This document shows positions 23,190 through 34,635 of a DNA stretch of 48,755 nt, in pieces (within the stretch, counting starts at the first letter, position 1; the number at the start of each line of letters is the position of its first letter). The stretch is from Octopus sinensis. Taxonomy: Eukaryota. The stretch is taken from NCBI RefSeq assembly GCF_006345805.1, contig NW_021834399.1:1-48755 (forward strand), read 5' to 3'. The translations under genes were made by a program, and so were the position numbers. The notes beneath the pieces were generated by a model, which saw nothing but the letters and a program-made list of their open reading frames with translations, searched no databases and was not told the origin of the DNA.

Positions 23190-23835
23190 TAAATTAGGAT
23201 ACACTTTGCAGCTTTCTTACTGAACCCCTCAACGTTAGTAATGCAAAAGTAGCAATTAGTAGCATGGCTGCTTTATTCTTACAATGCTATTGGAGTGGAA
23301 AAAGTCATTTAATTCTGCTTGCCACAGGGCCACAAGGAAATCCAAGCACTACAATCTTTGCATGCAATATGTAGAGCAAAGCATGTATCCTGGTCTCCAA
23401 GTTACATTTTGAAGTAATGCTTGTATAAGTGGCAAGGAATTTCTCCTACAGTCCTTGAATGCATATTACTCACAGATGTAGCAAAAGTGATCTGGATTAC
23501 TTGCCATGCAAATTGAACCAAACTGAAGTGGAAAAGTAAAAAAAAAAGCAGTCCATAGTGAACAGAATAATTATCAATGTGATACAAGAAATCACAATAA
23601 CATCCGAAACACTCACTTAAATCAAAGTGTTCTAAAAATAGACATGATCGAATATGTGTTATATCTACTTTTACAACTCTTAAAAAGAACAATCAATTGC
23701 ATTTTTAAAAAACAAATAGGAACATTTGATGATCAAGACCCACGTATGATGGAACAAAACTGACTTCATATGCAGAAAGAGCAGTCCAAAATTTTCCTCT
23801 TGCTAAAGAAATTTTTATCATTTTGCCATGCAGTG
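23190..23835 (-). mobile_element. Chapaev3-like (CMC) DNA transposon 5' end with N-terminal Cys-rich transposase region
   Basis: 'NPDHFCYICE', 'YKHYFKM*LGDQDTCFALHIACKDC', 'SHATNCYFCITNVEGF', 'VYPN'. The putative terminus CACTG is at 23835 (minus). The superfamily name is from motif recall. Confidence 0.7.
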
Positions 23836-24487
23836 CTGTATGTATGCTTAATCACAGTTGACCTTACAGTTACATAACAATCTCTTCCATCCTGCCTCGA
23901 TATCAAATTCGAAAATTAAAATAAAATAAAATAGAATAAAATAAAAATAAAATAAATAAATGAAAAAACGCATAGCATGCAAATGGACTTCTCAGTTAAG
24001 CCATATTTAAGTATATATTTATTTATTTATTTAAATTTGAATTTAATTTTCTTCGAGCAAAAAAAGAAATTGTTGTGGCGCTTAAGATATGAGAATTTAA
24101 TTAAAACGATTTCTTCTAAGAGTAAATTGATTTGGAGCAAAGCAATCGCTTGCGGTGTATTAATTATTATAGAAACGAGTTAATGCACATGGAAGATATT
24201 GAATAAAATTTTTCTTGTTGGTTATGCATGTATGAAAGTGTGTGTCTGTGTGTGTATGTATGTGTGTGTATGTATGTGTGTGTATACATGTATACATATA
24301 TATGTATACCTATACATGTATACGCATATACACATACGTATACGTATATATGTATACATATATGTGCGTGTATGCATGTATGTTTTCTTCTGTTTTTAAT
24401 TATTTGAATTCTTCCTCCGAGGAAGAAGTTTGGTTTCTAGCAAAGATGCAAAGTTCTATCGATGCAATGTAGATATCAAAAACAAAT

Positions 24488-24730
24488 TCACATATTAAAC
24501 TCGAGAAAAATCTTGCATAAATTTACTGTTCCCCTTATAGATTGCATTTGTAATGTGCGAATTTGCAGGTTGATTTCTCTTTCTGAATACTCTAGATTTT
24601 CCATTTTGTTACTTAGGCATTTACGCACTAAACCAAGTGCATTAATTATTATTATTATTATTGCTATAAATGTGAATTTGTGATCTGTATATGGAAGCTG
24701 AAGGTTTCTCAGCAGTTGTCCGTAGTTGTC
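24488..24730 (-). mobile_element. RLE-type (R4-like) LINE C-terminal fragment
   Basis: 'NYGQLLRNLQLPYTDHKFTFIAII..ALGLVRKCL...LQMQSIRGTVNLCKIFL', homologous to 25884-26150. Confidence 0.75.
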
Positions 24731-24732
24731 CG

Positions 24733-24860
24733 AAAGAAAACACCGAATGACCCGTCCTTGTTTTCTTTGTATCGTCTGTCTGGATGTTTTGTTGTACCTT
24801 TTCTGTATCACCTGCCTGGATGTTTTGCGTTCTTGTCCCATTTTGTATTTTATATATATA
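24733..24860 (+). repeat. Interspersed repeat 3' end (probable PLE pLTR), copy 1
   Basis: 'ccgaatgacccgtccttgttttctttgtatcgtctgtc.ggatgtttt..gcgttctt.tccca.ttttgtatttt' is repeated at 25490-25590. Both copies end in (TA)n. Confidence 0.7.
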
Positions 24861-24939
24861 AAAAAATATAGCGGCGTACGTACACTTGTCTCTTGTATGT
24901 AAGTAAATATGTATCTAAATCTTGTACGACTCTATCAAT

Positions 24940-25590
24940 CGTTCTATTCTTTCATTCTTTCTTTCTTTCTATCAGCTTCTTCACACTTACTTCGTTCATT
25001 CCACTCTACGTTCTTTTGTTTCCCTTCTCTCACATTTCTTGGCCTTCTCTTCATGCTCAACTTCCCTCCTCTTTCACTTCACTCTGTCCCTTTCATTTTT
25101 TCTCGCCCCTCCTTAATTTTTCTATCCTTCTGACTCTACCTCTCTCTCTTCTCTCCCCACGTGATCAGTGTTCGGCCAAGCCTGACCTTTCTTTCTTGGT
25201 TCGACTACCATCCGTACAACATCTATATTCCTCCCTGTGTCTGTCAAATCTTATGTCCAGCTTAATTTAATTCGTCCTTAGTCGAAAGATACCCGTTGTT
25301 AATATCCTGTTATATGTATTTGTGTACCATTTCTCTGTTTTTTTCTGATCTTGTTTTCGTATACATTCGCTACTTTCTTCCAAGGAATCTAATGCTTTTA
25401 GCTTAGTTTTTCCTTGGGGCTGGCCAGATTGGAGCAATCTCGAGTATAACCAGCCGAAATTACAAAGATAATCTGGAACTCGACTGAGGAAAGAAAACTC
25501 CGAATGACCCGTCCTTGTTTTCTTTGTATCGTCTGTCCGGATGTTTTTTGCGTTCTTATCCCAATTTTGTATTTTTTATATATATATATA
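24940..25590 (+). mobile_element. Longer copy of the same repeat, with a pyrimidine-rich upstream part (probable PLE 3' UTR/pLTR)
   Basis: CT-rich tract, then the stem ggctgg/ccagcc followed by GAAA at 25418-25459, then the block shared with 24733-24860. Confidence 0.55.
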
Positions 25591-25593
25591 AAA

Positions 25594-25595
<2 letters not shown>

Positions 25596-25624
<29 letters not shown>

Positions 25625-25882
25625 TGTATGTATGTATGTATGTATGTATGTATGTATGTATGTATGTATGTATGTATGTATGTATGTATGTATGTATGCA
25701 TGCATGCATGCATGCATGCATGCATGCATGTATGTATGTATGTATGTATGTATGTATGTATGTATGTATGTATGTATGTATGTATGTATGTATGTATGTA
25801 TGTATGTATGTATGTATGTATGTACGTATGTATGTATGTACGTATGTACGTATGTACATATGTACGTACGTACGTACGTATG
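25596..25882. repeat. (TATG)n/(CATG)n/(TACG)n array
   Basis: Direct reading. Confidence 0.97.
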
Positions 25883-25883
25883 T

Positions 25884-26800
25884 TTTACCGATTTTTACAG
25901 TTCCAATGATAGATAGGATCCGTAGTCTTCGAATTAGCTTTCTCCTGTCTGGTTTTCAGAAGCCTAACTTCTCCAGACTGGTATTTAGGCAGTGTGTTAC
26001 ATATATCAGTGCCCCAATAATTACAGGTATAAACCTGAACTTGTAATCTGGATAGAGTAACTGCAAATTACTCAATAGTTCAGCGTAGATATTCTCATCT
26101 TCATTGATCTTCAGCTTTATGTTAACATCCGCTGGGTAGCTAATTTCCACAATTGTACGTAGCTTCTTTTCTCTGTCCTAAATCATTATATCAGGCCTGT
26201 TGCTTACATTGTATTGAGGAACATTCTATTTTATTGGAACACTCCATCAGTACTCCTTTTTATTATGAGTGGCTATGGCTTCTACAATACTGTAGGTTCT
26301 TATTTCTTTGTCCTCGGGGTTATCCTACCGACGGATTTCATTATAGAGTGTCCTAGCTACAACGACATGTCTCATCGGTAGATAATACCGTTATGACATT
26401 TTCGGACAACTGCTTATTATGTGGGAAATATCTTCGGTATTAACTACACGAAGTGTGCATCGGTTGCCACCTTTTACAGCTTTTCCTGCATCTCTGTCCC
26501 TTTTGTGCATCAGGTACTTGGTTGATATTTCCTGTTCCTGGATTGCAAACGCATACCCTTCAAAGTGGGAGGTAGTAATCCGGCTACTGGTTCATGATAG
26601 ACTGTTTTGATGATCAATGTTACTATCATCTTGGGGCTTTCTACTAACATATCCATGTATAATCTTCTGCTCATATAGGCTCATCCTTTCATCTAATGAT
26701 ACATTGAGGTAGAGTCTTGCGACTTTTTGGGGCATATATTCTAGGTTATCTGATAAAGAATGTTGCTCAAAGAGCTGCCTTCCAAGTCTAATGATGTTAT
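25884..26800 (-). mobile_element. R4-like LINE 3' fragment (CCHC remnant and RLE)
   Basis: 'TTSHFEGYAFAIQEQEISTKYL', 'EDISHIISSCPKMS*RYYLPMRH', 'VEISYPADVNI', 'YPDYKFRFIPVIIGAL', 'IIGTVKI'. Confidence 0.85.
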
Positions 26801-26891
26801 CAGCCTCATGTATGCAAACTTGGTTAAGGAATGCACTTCGACACTTGGTATGTATGTATGTATGTATGTATGTATGTATGTATGTATGTAT

Positions 26892-27285
26892 ACTCTTTTA
26901 CTCTTTTACTTGCTTCAGTCATTTGACTGCGGCCATGCTGGAGCACCGTCTTTAATCGAGCAACTCAACCCCGGGACTTATTCTTTTGTAAGCCCAGTAC
27001 TTATTCTATCGGTCTCTTTTGCCGAACCGCTAAGTAACGGGGACATAAACACACCAGCATCGGTTGTCAAGCAATGCTAGGGGGACAAACACAGACACAC
27101 AAACACACACACGCATATATATATATATGCTTGTTTCAGTTTCCGTCTACCAAATCCACTCACAAGGCTTTGGTCGGCCCGAGGCTACAGTAGAAAACAC
27201 TTGCCCAAGGTGCCACGCAGTGGGACTGAACCCGGAACCATGTGGTTGGTAAACAAGCTCCTTACCACACATCCACTCCTGCGTC
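26892..27285 (-). mobile_element. tRNA-derived SINE family B, near full length
   Basis: Head 'gcaggagtggatgtgtggtaag..ggttccgggttcagtccc', CORE-like 'ccttgggcaagtg', internal (TA)/(TG) and tail 'aagtaaaagagtaaaagag'. Confidence 0.9.
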
Positions 27286-27918
27286 TATATATGTATTTAT
27301 ATATTATAAATGTTTGAATGTATGTATTGAATGTGAGCATTTACGTACCCACCTAAGTTTGTATATAGGTACATATATCTATATATTTATGGATGTATTT
27401 TTCGTTTGTGCATTTGCTTTCCAATATTCCTGATCTGAAATTGTGCGTCGAAACAGATATTATTATATTTTGGGACGGTCATTTTCTTCTTGCCAAATAA
27501 ACACACGCACTATATATTCGTTCTTCACTCGATCATTATTGTTCTTTTTTATCTTATGTCCATTGGCTGAAAATCTTTCGTCAAACACCTGTGACCTCTT
27601 CGGCGACTCTCCATCCTACGTGACTCCTCCAGGAGGAAGCAACGAAAATATAGTATGTGTGTTTATAAAGCAAGAAAAAAGAATGACCATCCAGAAATAT
27701 AACGACAGGTGTATTTTTCCCTCTGCAGTATTCAAGCCGGCCACTTCAAAGTGAGAAGTGCTTTCTGTTTAAGTAGAGACAGCTCTTCTGGTCTATCAAT
27801 ACATGAAATTAGTACACGTGTAGATAAATTTGTAGTCATATGATAAGTGTGCATGACACACTTTAGTACTCTTCTGTGTCTGAGCTTCGCTTCTCTTTAT
27901 GTGTTTGTATGATAAATT

Positions 27919-27971
<53 letters not shown>

Positions 27972-28059
27972 CTGTGTGCGTATGTATTTTGTCCAAGAGG
28001 AGAGTCAAATGGAGAATATTTGAAACGTTGAACAAAATTTCCCTGTACTACTAAACGAT

Positions 28060-28410
28060 AGTGTTTGAAGGATGCGAATAAAAGTCCTTTGTTCTCTCTT
28101 AAAGAACTACAGTATTTGTAGGCTTTTGTAGGCGAATATATTGTTACATATCCCAGTGAACCTATGATAATAAGGACGAATGAAAAACTAATAACCTTGG
28201 CTAGAAGAGCTGTAAGTGTTTTCTTGGTTCTCCATAAACATTCTTTTATCTAAATCTTAAAGAGATATTTATATCCAGTGGATAGCTGATTTCCACAATA
28301 CTGTATGACTTTTACTCTCTAATCAAAAGTACATCTGACCTATTGTATCTATACCGGATTGCTGTTTTTATTGGAATGTTTCACTTGTATTCTTTATTTT
28401 TAAAGGTGCG
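28060..28410 (-). mobile_element. R4-like LINE RLE fragment, degenerate
   Basis: 'NIPIKTAIRYRYNRSDVL', 'IVEISYPLDINI', 'NVYGEPRKHLQL'. Confidence 0.65.
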
Positions 28411-28894
28411 TACACCTCGCTCTGTTACGCCTTTGTCGTAGTGATCGGTTGATCACAACCTTGCTGTTGTCTTTAAAAAGAGAATTTCATCTTCTCCCGA
28501 GCGTGAATAAAATCAGAGGATTGATTTTGGGACAGAAACCATTTCTCCCCACCCCCAAAAGATTACTAGCTGGCTATAGAAATTGTTCAAAAACTCCACA
28601 AAGACTTTTTCCAACGTAGATATGTTTATGATGGACGTGAATGAAACAATGCATAGTGCAACACAGAACGGACTAAAGACTTCTTTATGGCGGTGGCCAC
28701 AGTAGAGAAAGAGTGAGAGGGACTCAATCAGGTGACAGTTGCTATTCCAGATCAGATAGGGGAAGGCGAGACTAATGAAGCCTTGGGACTGCTACTTATC
28801 TGGTGGGTCAAGTTTCTGAAAATATTTCTTTGGACGGAGTAGAAGAGTTAATGTTTTTAGAATGTTGTAAGTATATCTGAACGTCTTAAGATGA

Positions 28895-29050
28895 CTGTTG
28901 CTCGATCTGCTATAAATAGCAGCAACAACTCTTAAATTTTATTCTACTAGCTTAAAATTTAATAAATATACTGGGCAAAATGCCCAGAATATAATATACC
29001 GTGAAAGGAGACGCGATGGTTACAGGTGCAATGTCCATCAAATGATGAAC
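28895..29050 (-). repeat. Interspersed repeat family D
   Basis: 'ctcgatctgctataaatagcagc' and 'gatggttacaggtgcaatg' are the reverse complement of family D blocks. Confidence 0.45.
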
Positions 29051-29576
29051 ATTTGAGAATTCTGATAGGTTATTTCAATTTTGGAAGACATTCTATAAAT
29101 CTATACTGTGACGGCTGCTATAAGATAAAGCAAGATAAGTAGGCATTTTATATGACTGCCAAATGTATTTATTTTATTATTAGCATTTTCGCATTGTCAG
29201 TTGTTTGTGTCAGGTTCTAAACAAATAAATTTTGTTCGTTCCTTCTCAAGCTTTTCTAATTACATTTAGGAGTTCGTAGAGTAAAAACAGATTGTTTTTC
29301 CCGTACTTTCGTCTGTCAGTAAATGCAAAAGACATTAAATGATAAGTTTCAGTCGACACAAACAATTGCACAAAATTTATTTTTACGTTATTAAATTAGA
29401 GTTTGCAATAATGGATTTTCTTAATATAAATTGTCTATATTTCAGTATTAAATTTATTACAAACGATAAAATTACAAATTGATAGCAAAAAAATGAGCAA
29501 ACAAATAAATATACATACATTGATAGTAAATTAAATACGCAATATTAAATATATTGGTTTTTGCTATTTTTCCTGA

Positions 29577-29745
29577 TAATCAGATCACCGATTAAAGGTC
29601 TTCCAGTCGTGACCATCTCCTTTTCATAGAAGCATAGTTTTAGTTTTTTCCTGGAGTTGCTTTATCCGTCTTTTTAAGACGATAAAATGTGTTTGAAAGG
29701 GGAAATTTTGTTGTTATTTCTTGCAAGTAGAAGGATCACGTATAA
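29577..29745 (+). repeat. Interspersed repeat family D
   Basis: 'attaaaggtcttccagtcgtgaccatctcc...ttgaaaggggaaattttgttgttatttcttgc'. Confidence 0.5.
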
Positions 29746-29849
29746 ACGTTTTCTGTTTTGGTGTCTTCCGGAACGTTTTTATCTTACTAATAGTAAGGCA
29801 TTGTATACACATACATATATACATACATACAAAATGAAGATAATTAAAA

Positions 29850-30065
29850 AGATTGCTTTGTTGTGGAAATCAGCTTTGAACACATATGTCATCATAAAAT
29901 ATAGGAAAAAAGATTATGTCTATGGACCATTGACTAAGAGCTTGCAAACCCAGTACTCAAGATACACTTTCAGCTTTGTACCTATTATTATTGAAACAAA
30001 AAATACGTACCAACCCACTTGAAGCAAAGTATGGCTCAACTTAGAGTCTTGGGAAGAGAATGCAA
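29850..30065 (+). mobile_element. R4-like LINE RLE fragment
   Basis: 'CFVVEIS' and 'KDYVYGPLTKSLQTQYSRYTFSFVPIII', homologous to 25956-26150. Confidence 0.65.
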
Positions 30066-30199
30066 TTCCTTACTTCATTTGCTACAAATGATCACGCTAT
30101 CAGCGACTGTAAACATCTGGTAAACCTTCGCAATGATGATAAACAATAAATGTTTTTCTTCGCAAACTTGCTGTAATCCGTGCACATTTTTTCTCTCTC

Positions 30200-30357
30200 C
30201 ATTTTTTCGTTCTCTTTCCATTTTTCCCTTCTCATTCTTTTCTGAGCGTAGGATCGAAACGTAAAAGACCTTTCCATTCTTCCCGAGCATCAAACTAATA
30301 CACAAGGTTGTTGTTCCCTCACCAGTTTCCGTCCTTTTTTCTGCCAATTTGAACTCT

Positions 30358-30360
<3 letters not shown>
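30200..30360 (+). mobile_element. PLE pLTR remnant with the 3' half of a hammerhead
   Basis: 'gagcgtaggatcgaaacgtaaaagac..ttcccgagcatcaaactaatac' is homologous to 33529-33650 and ends at (CA)n. Confidence 0.65.
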
Positions 30361-30437
<77 letters not shown>

Positions 30438-30963
30438 GTGTGTGTGTGTATGTATGTATGTATGTAGATCACTTAAATTTTAGTAGAAGTTTTAAATATT
30501 TCAATGTAAGTATATTTAATTAAAATGTTTTTGATATTCATTCTGAGCTCTATCTTTACTCAAAACTTACAGTTCTTTCTCTCTACAGCCGTCCATTTCC
30601 ACGAACCCCTTCTTTCCTTCTTACCGTCCATATCTTTAAACATAGATTCACTTCTTTATCACTTCCACTCACCAATCTAAATATGTTATCTCATTCTGTT
30701 TATATATGCATAACAATTACTTCACTAATACAAGTAGAAAGATATATTTTTTCAACGCGTAAGTCCTGATAGAATAGCATATATAGGATAAAATCCTTAC
30801 AGAGCAGAAAAATCTGTCAGAAACCAGCCCTTTTTTATTTTCCTTTTTTCTGTTCCATTATTCTATAAACTTCAATTTTTTTTCAACAATTTAGGGAAGA
30901 ACACAACAGTGGAGAATGTAATCATGTATGTATACATGTACGTGGGTTTTCTAAAATTTTGTC

Positions 30964-31007
<44 letters not shown>

Positions 31008-31837
31008 TGTTTGGCCGAAACTACGAAGACAATATTCTTTTTTAAGAATAAACTTTACTGTGTTGGAGGCAGATTTAATTCTACCATTATAGCGCGTAAA
31101 GAAAACGTTGTTGTAGGAATGTACACAGCAAGTGCACTACAGCAGTACTATGCGTAGTTCTAATACTGAGATTGAAAGGCAGCGGCGAATTATGTCTACC
31201 TAATTGCTTTTATTAAAATTAAACACAAAAAAGTTTATATATATATATATGGGTTATGACTTTTTCTCAACCTAATAACCCTATACAGTAATTCGATGAA
31301 TATTTTCATAAAACTCAGGAAACTAAGATTTATTTTGTTTTATTTGAACAAAAAATCGACACCCCCAGCTTAAGAAATCAATCACCACTTTTGACCTAAA
31401 TCATGCAAAATTCATAACGCCTACTCAATTTTCTTTTACAAAACTTGGTGTGCTGATTCAACGTAATGCAGAAATAGGATATCTAAAATTTCAGCTTTCT
31501 AGTTTAAGTAGTTTCGGAGTTACGAGCTTTTAAAACTATAATCACTAGATGGCACAAGATTCACACTACAGTATTTCCGCTCCCTAAATCCTTGTAAACG
31601 CAAGAAAGATATGGAATAAAAGTGTATTTATACATTTTAAAGACTACTGAATTGAAATTGCTCTATGCAAAGATTCAGAACTAGGCTATTTTAAGACAGA
31701 GGCCACTAAAAGCATTCGATAACATACAAAATTAAAAAAAACAACATATTTTTAACTTTATAGGTTTATTTCCAATTTTAAATAACTGTATAAGAAAAAT
31801 GGTGCTGAATATTAGCACATTTTTAAACATAACAAAG

Positions 31838-32120
31838 AATTAATATGTTTTGTTAGATAAAATAAATCGAAGCTGAAGTTTCTCCTTCTTTTTACAAACA
31901 TCATAATGATCTTGAAGGCACTTGACTGCCCGTTCTGCACTCTGATTTGTTCTGGGAATTTCCAATTTTTATGGTTCTCGACTTCAAAAGTTTTTTACAG
32001 AGTTCAATGCTTTTTTATGAGCTTGCAGGCTACCAAATAACTTCTGATAATCATGTGCATCGAACATTTGGTCAGTGAACGAAATATCTGTTTAGCTGTA
32101 AGAGATGAATCGAAAAACAT
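31838..32120 (-). mobile_element. Probable DNA transposase C-terminus (hAT-related), degenerate
   Basis: Minus frame reads 'DYQKLFGSLQAHKKALNSVKNF*SREP*KLEIPRTNQSAERAVKCLQDHY...LRFILSNKTY*'. The N-x-x-AERAVK motif resembles the catalytic-Glu helix of hAT-related transposases. MITE-like sequence lies to its left (31250-31600). Confidence 0.45.
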
Positions 32121-32675
32121 TAAGCAAAACTCTTCGAGCTTTCCGTCATCTCCAGTCCGACCCGTCCACTTCACACCTCTTCCCTAACCGACCCCTCCCC
32201 TCTTTCAAACGAGCCCACAACCTTCGAGACCTTTTGGTCCATAGCTCCTTCCCTGACCCTACCTCCCAACCCGGCTCGTTCCCCTGCTCCCGCCCACGTT
32301 GCCGCACTTGCCCTTACCTCTCCAACACCACCCGTCTCACTAGCACCCACCATCGACCCTATCCCATCATCCACTCCTTCACCTGCACCTCCAGCAATAT
32401 TATCTATTGCATCTCTTGCTCTCTCTGCAATTCCTTGTACATCGGACAAACGGGACGCCGCTTGGCTGACCGGTTCGCGGAACACCTTCGTGACATCCAC
32501 CTTGCGAACGACACACCGGTCTCACGCCATTTCCGCTCCACCGGTCACTCCTTGCAACACCTATCTGTGTTCGGTTGTCCTTACACAGAGGCCATCCGGA
32601 TTCCCGTTTGCGCCGTGAACAGGAATTAATCTTCTCTCTTCGCTCTTATACGCCATTTGGTCTCAACTCTCCCCC
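32105..32675 (+). pseudogene. PLE GIY-YIG endonuclease with Cys-rich linker (Neptune-type), one frameshift near 32575
   Basis: 'PLPSFKRAHNLRDLLV', 'PCSRPRCRTC', 'FTCTSSNIIYCISCSLCNSLYIGQTGRRLADRFAEH', 'PVSRHF...H'. It continues in another frame as 'RLRREQELIFSLRSYTPFGLN'. Confidence 0.92.
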
Positions 32676-32965
32676 CTCCTCATCTAACCCCCCTCCCCCC
32701 CTCCTCACCTATCCTTTCCCCCCGACCCCTACTTCTTCAGTCCTTCAACTTTCACCCCTACTCCCCTTCCCTTCTTCCCTCTTTCTCCCTCCCTCTTCCC
32801 CTTCCCTCTGCTCCCTCACTCCCTCTCTCCCCCTCTCCCTCTTTCCTCCTTCATCCCCCTCCTCCCCTTCCTTCTCCCCCATCCTCTCTCCTCTTCCCCC
32901 TTCTCCTCCCCCTCTTCTTCCCCTCGCCTTCTCCCCCCTCTTCTCCCCCTCCCCCTCTTCTCCTC
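32670..32965. repeat. Polypyrimidine (C/T) low-complexity tract
   Basis: About 300 bp almost devoid of purines. Confidence 0.95.
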
Positions 32966-33009
32966 ACTACACCACATGACTTTACACATCACATCACATA
33001 TGATGTGCC

Positions 33010-33345
33010 ATACTAATACACACACCAACTAATACATACTAATACGTACTAATACATACCAGTACATACTAATACTTACAAAACCCTATACATACACACG
33101 TCCAGACCCCGCATACGCACTTATACTCTCTCACAACACACACACACACACCTATACATACCAATACGTACTAATACATACTAATACATACTAATACATA
33201 CACCAACCACATACATACGCACGTCCAGACCAATCTTACGCACTAATACTCTCTCATACACACACACACACACACACCCAATTATACATACTAATACATA
33301 CACCAACCCTATACATACACACATCCAGACCCTCCAACGCACTTT
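33010..33345 (+). repeat. Imperfect 100-130-bp tandem repeat (3 units) with nested 10-mer ctaatacata
   Basis: 'catacatac.cac.tccagacc' recurs at about 33091, 33224 and 33324. Confidence 0.75.
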
Positions 33346-33515
33346 TAGCTGGTCCCTCAATCCTTTTATCAACCCTATTATCTCCCCTTATTTCGCTCTC
33401 GCGTCTCATGTTTGATCTTTGACCTCTGGCCGAAATCAGATCGCCATGTTGATTCGTTAGCTACTGCACGCATTTTTTTTCTCTCCTTCTTTCTGTGTTT
33501 TTCTCTCTCTGTGTA

Positions 33516-33553
33516 TCTTTCTGTTGAAGAGCGTAGGCTCGAAACGTTAAAGA
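33516..33553 (+). ncRNA. Minimal type I hammerhead variant in a PLE pLTR
   Basis: tcttt-CTGTTGA-a-gagc-gtag-gctc-GAAAC-GT-T-aaaga. Stem I is 5 bp, stem II is 4 bp, stem III is the palindrome AACGTT, and core A6 is replaced by U. Confidence 0.65.
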
Positions 33554-33852
33554 CTTGTTTTATTTATATTTCCTGAGCGCCATACTAATACAATTGTTCG
33601 TTTGTTTTCCACCTGCCTTCGTCTTTTGTTTATTTTCATAAAGCTTCCCGTTATATATATATATATATATATATACATACAAATTGAGATAGGGGTTGTA
33701 AATGCAACCCTCCATGGGATAACATATATCCAATATACTGCTAGTGAAGTACCCAACAAAGTTAATACATAAATGTTAAGAATTGCGATGCAATTAATTC
33801 ATTTACTGTATTATATGGGCAAAAGTAAAATGTTTTACCACAAATTAATAAT

Positions 33853-33993
33853 ACAAAATAAGAAAATGGAGAAATAAATCTAAATCAATTATCAACTACC
33901 AGATAATACCCAATCACATAATTTATTAAACCACTACATATGAACATAAGTTGATAATTGATTTAGATGTATTTCTCTATTTTCTTATTTTGT
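33853..33993. repeat. 45-bp inverted repeat with a 51-bp spacer
   Basis: 33853-33897 versus the reverse complement of 33949-33993, with 2 mismatches. Confidence 0.9.
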
Positions 33994-33994
33994 G

Positions 33995-34026
<32 letters not shown>

Positions 34027-34034
34027 AATATTTT

Positions 34035-34220
34035 ACCCTTTACTTGTTTCAATCATGAGACTGAAGCTTAGTCGAAGGAATCGACCCGTGTACTTCTTTT
34101 TTTCCTGAAGCTTGGTACATATTATATCGAACTCTATAGCGAAACCGCTAAGTTACAGAGACATAAGAACACCAACGCCGGTTATCCAGCAGTGGTGTGG
34201 GACAGACAGTAGACACACAC

Positions 34221-34284
<64 letters not shown>

Positions 34285-34426
34285 ACACACACGCGCGCGC
34301 GCGCACACGCACATATGTATGTATGATGGGCTTCTTTCAGTTTCCGAAGGTGTCACGTAAGGAGACTGAACCCTGAAACATGTGGCTGACAAGAAAATTT
34401 CTTACCACACAGTCACACCTTGCGCT
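34035..34426 (-). mobile_element. SINE family B, internally deleted
   Basis: Family B blocks 'gaaaccgctaagttac', 'gggcttctttcagtttccg', 'gactgaaccc' and 'cttaccacacag'. Confidence 0.8.
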
Positions 34427-34439
34427 TGCATATACATAC

Positions 34440-34635
34440 ATGTACGTATGTATGTATGTATGTATGTATGTATGTATGTATGTATGTATGTTTGTATGTA
34501 TGTATGTATGTATGTATGTTTGTATGCATGCATGTATATATGTATGTATGTTTACATGTATGTATGTACGTATGTATGTGTGTATGTATGTATGTATGTA
34601 TGTATGTATGTATGTATGTATTATCTATGTATGTA
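34440..34635. repeat. (TATG)n array
   Basis: Direct reading. Confidence 0.95.

Larger units (their letters stand above)
32125..33655 (+). mobile_element. Penelope-like element 3' part: GIY-YIG endonuclease, CT-rich and tandem 3' UTR, pLTR with hammerhead variant
   Basis: See the nested features. It is 5'-truncated and ends at (TA)n. Confidence 0.9.

Noticed and set aside
32575-33028. Pro/Ser/Leu-rich ORFs resembling extensins
   Set aside because: They arise from the polypyrimidine tract in the PLE 3' region. Only the first 30 or so residues of 32575 are real endonuclease sequence.
33010-33345. Regularly spaced repeats suggestive of a CRISPR array
   Set aside because: Eukaryotic context, degenerate low-complexity units, no unique spacers and no cas genes.
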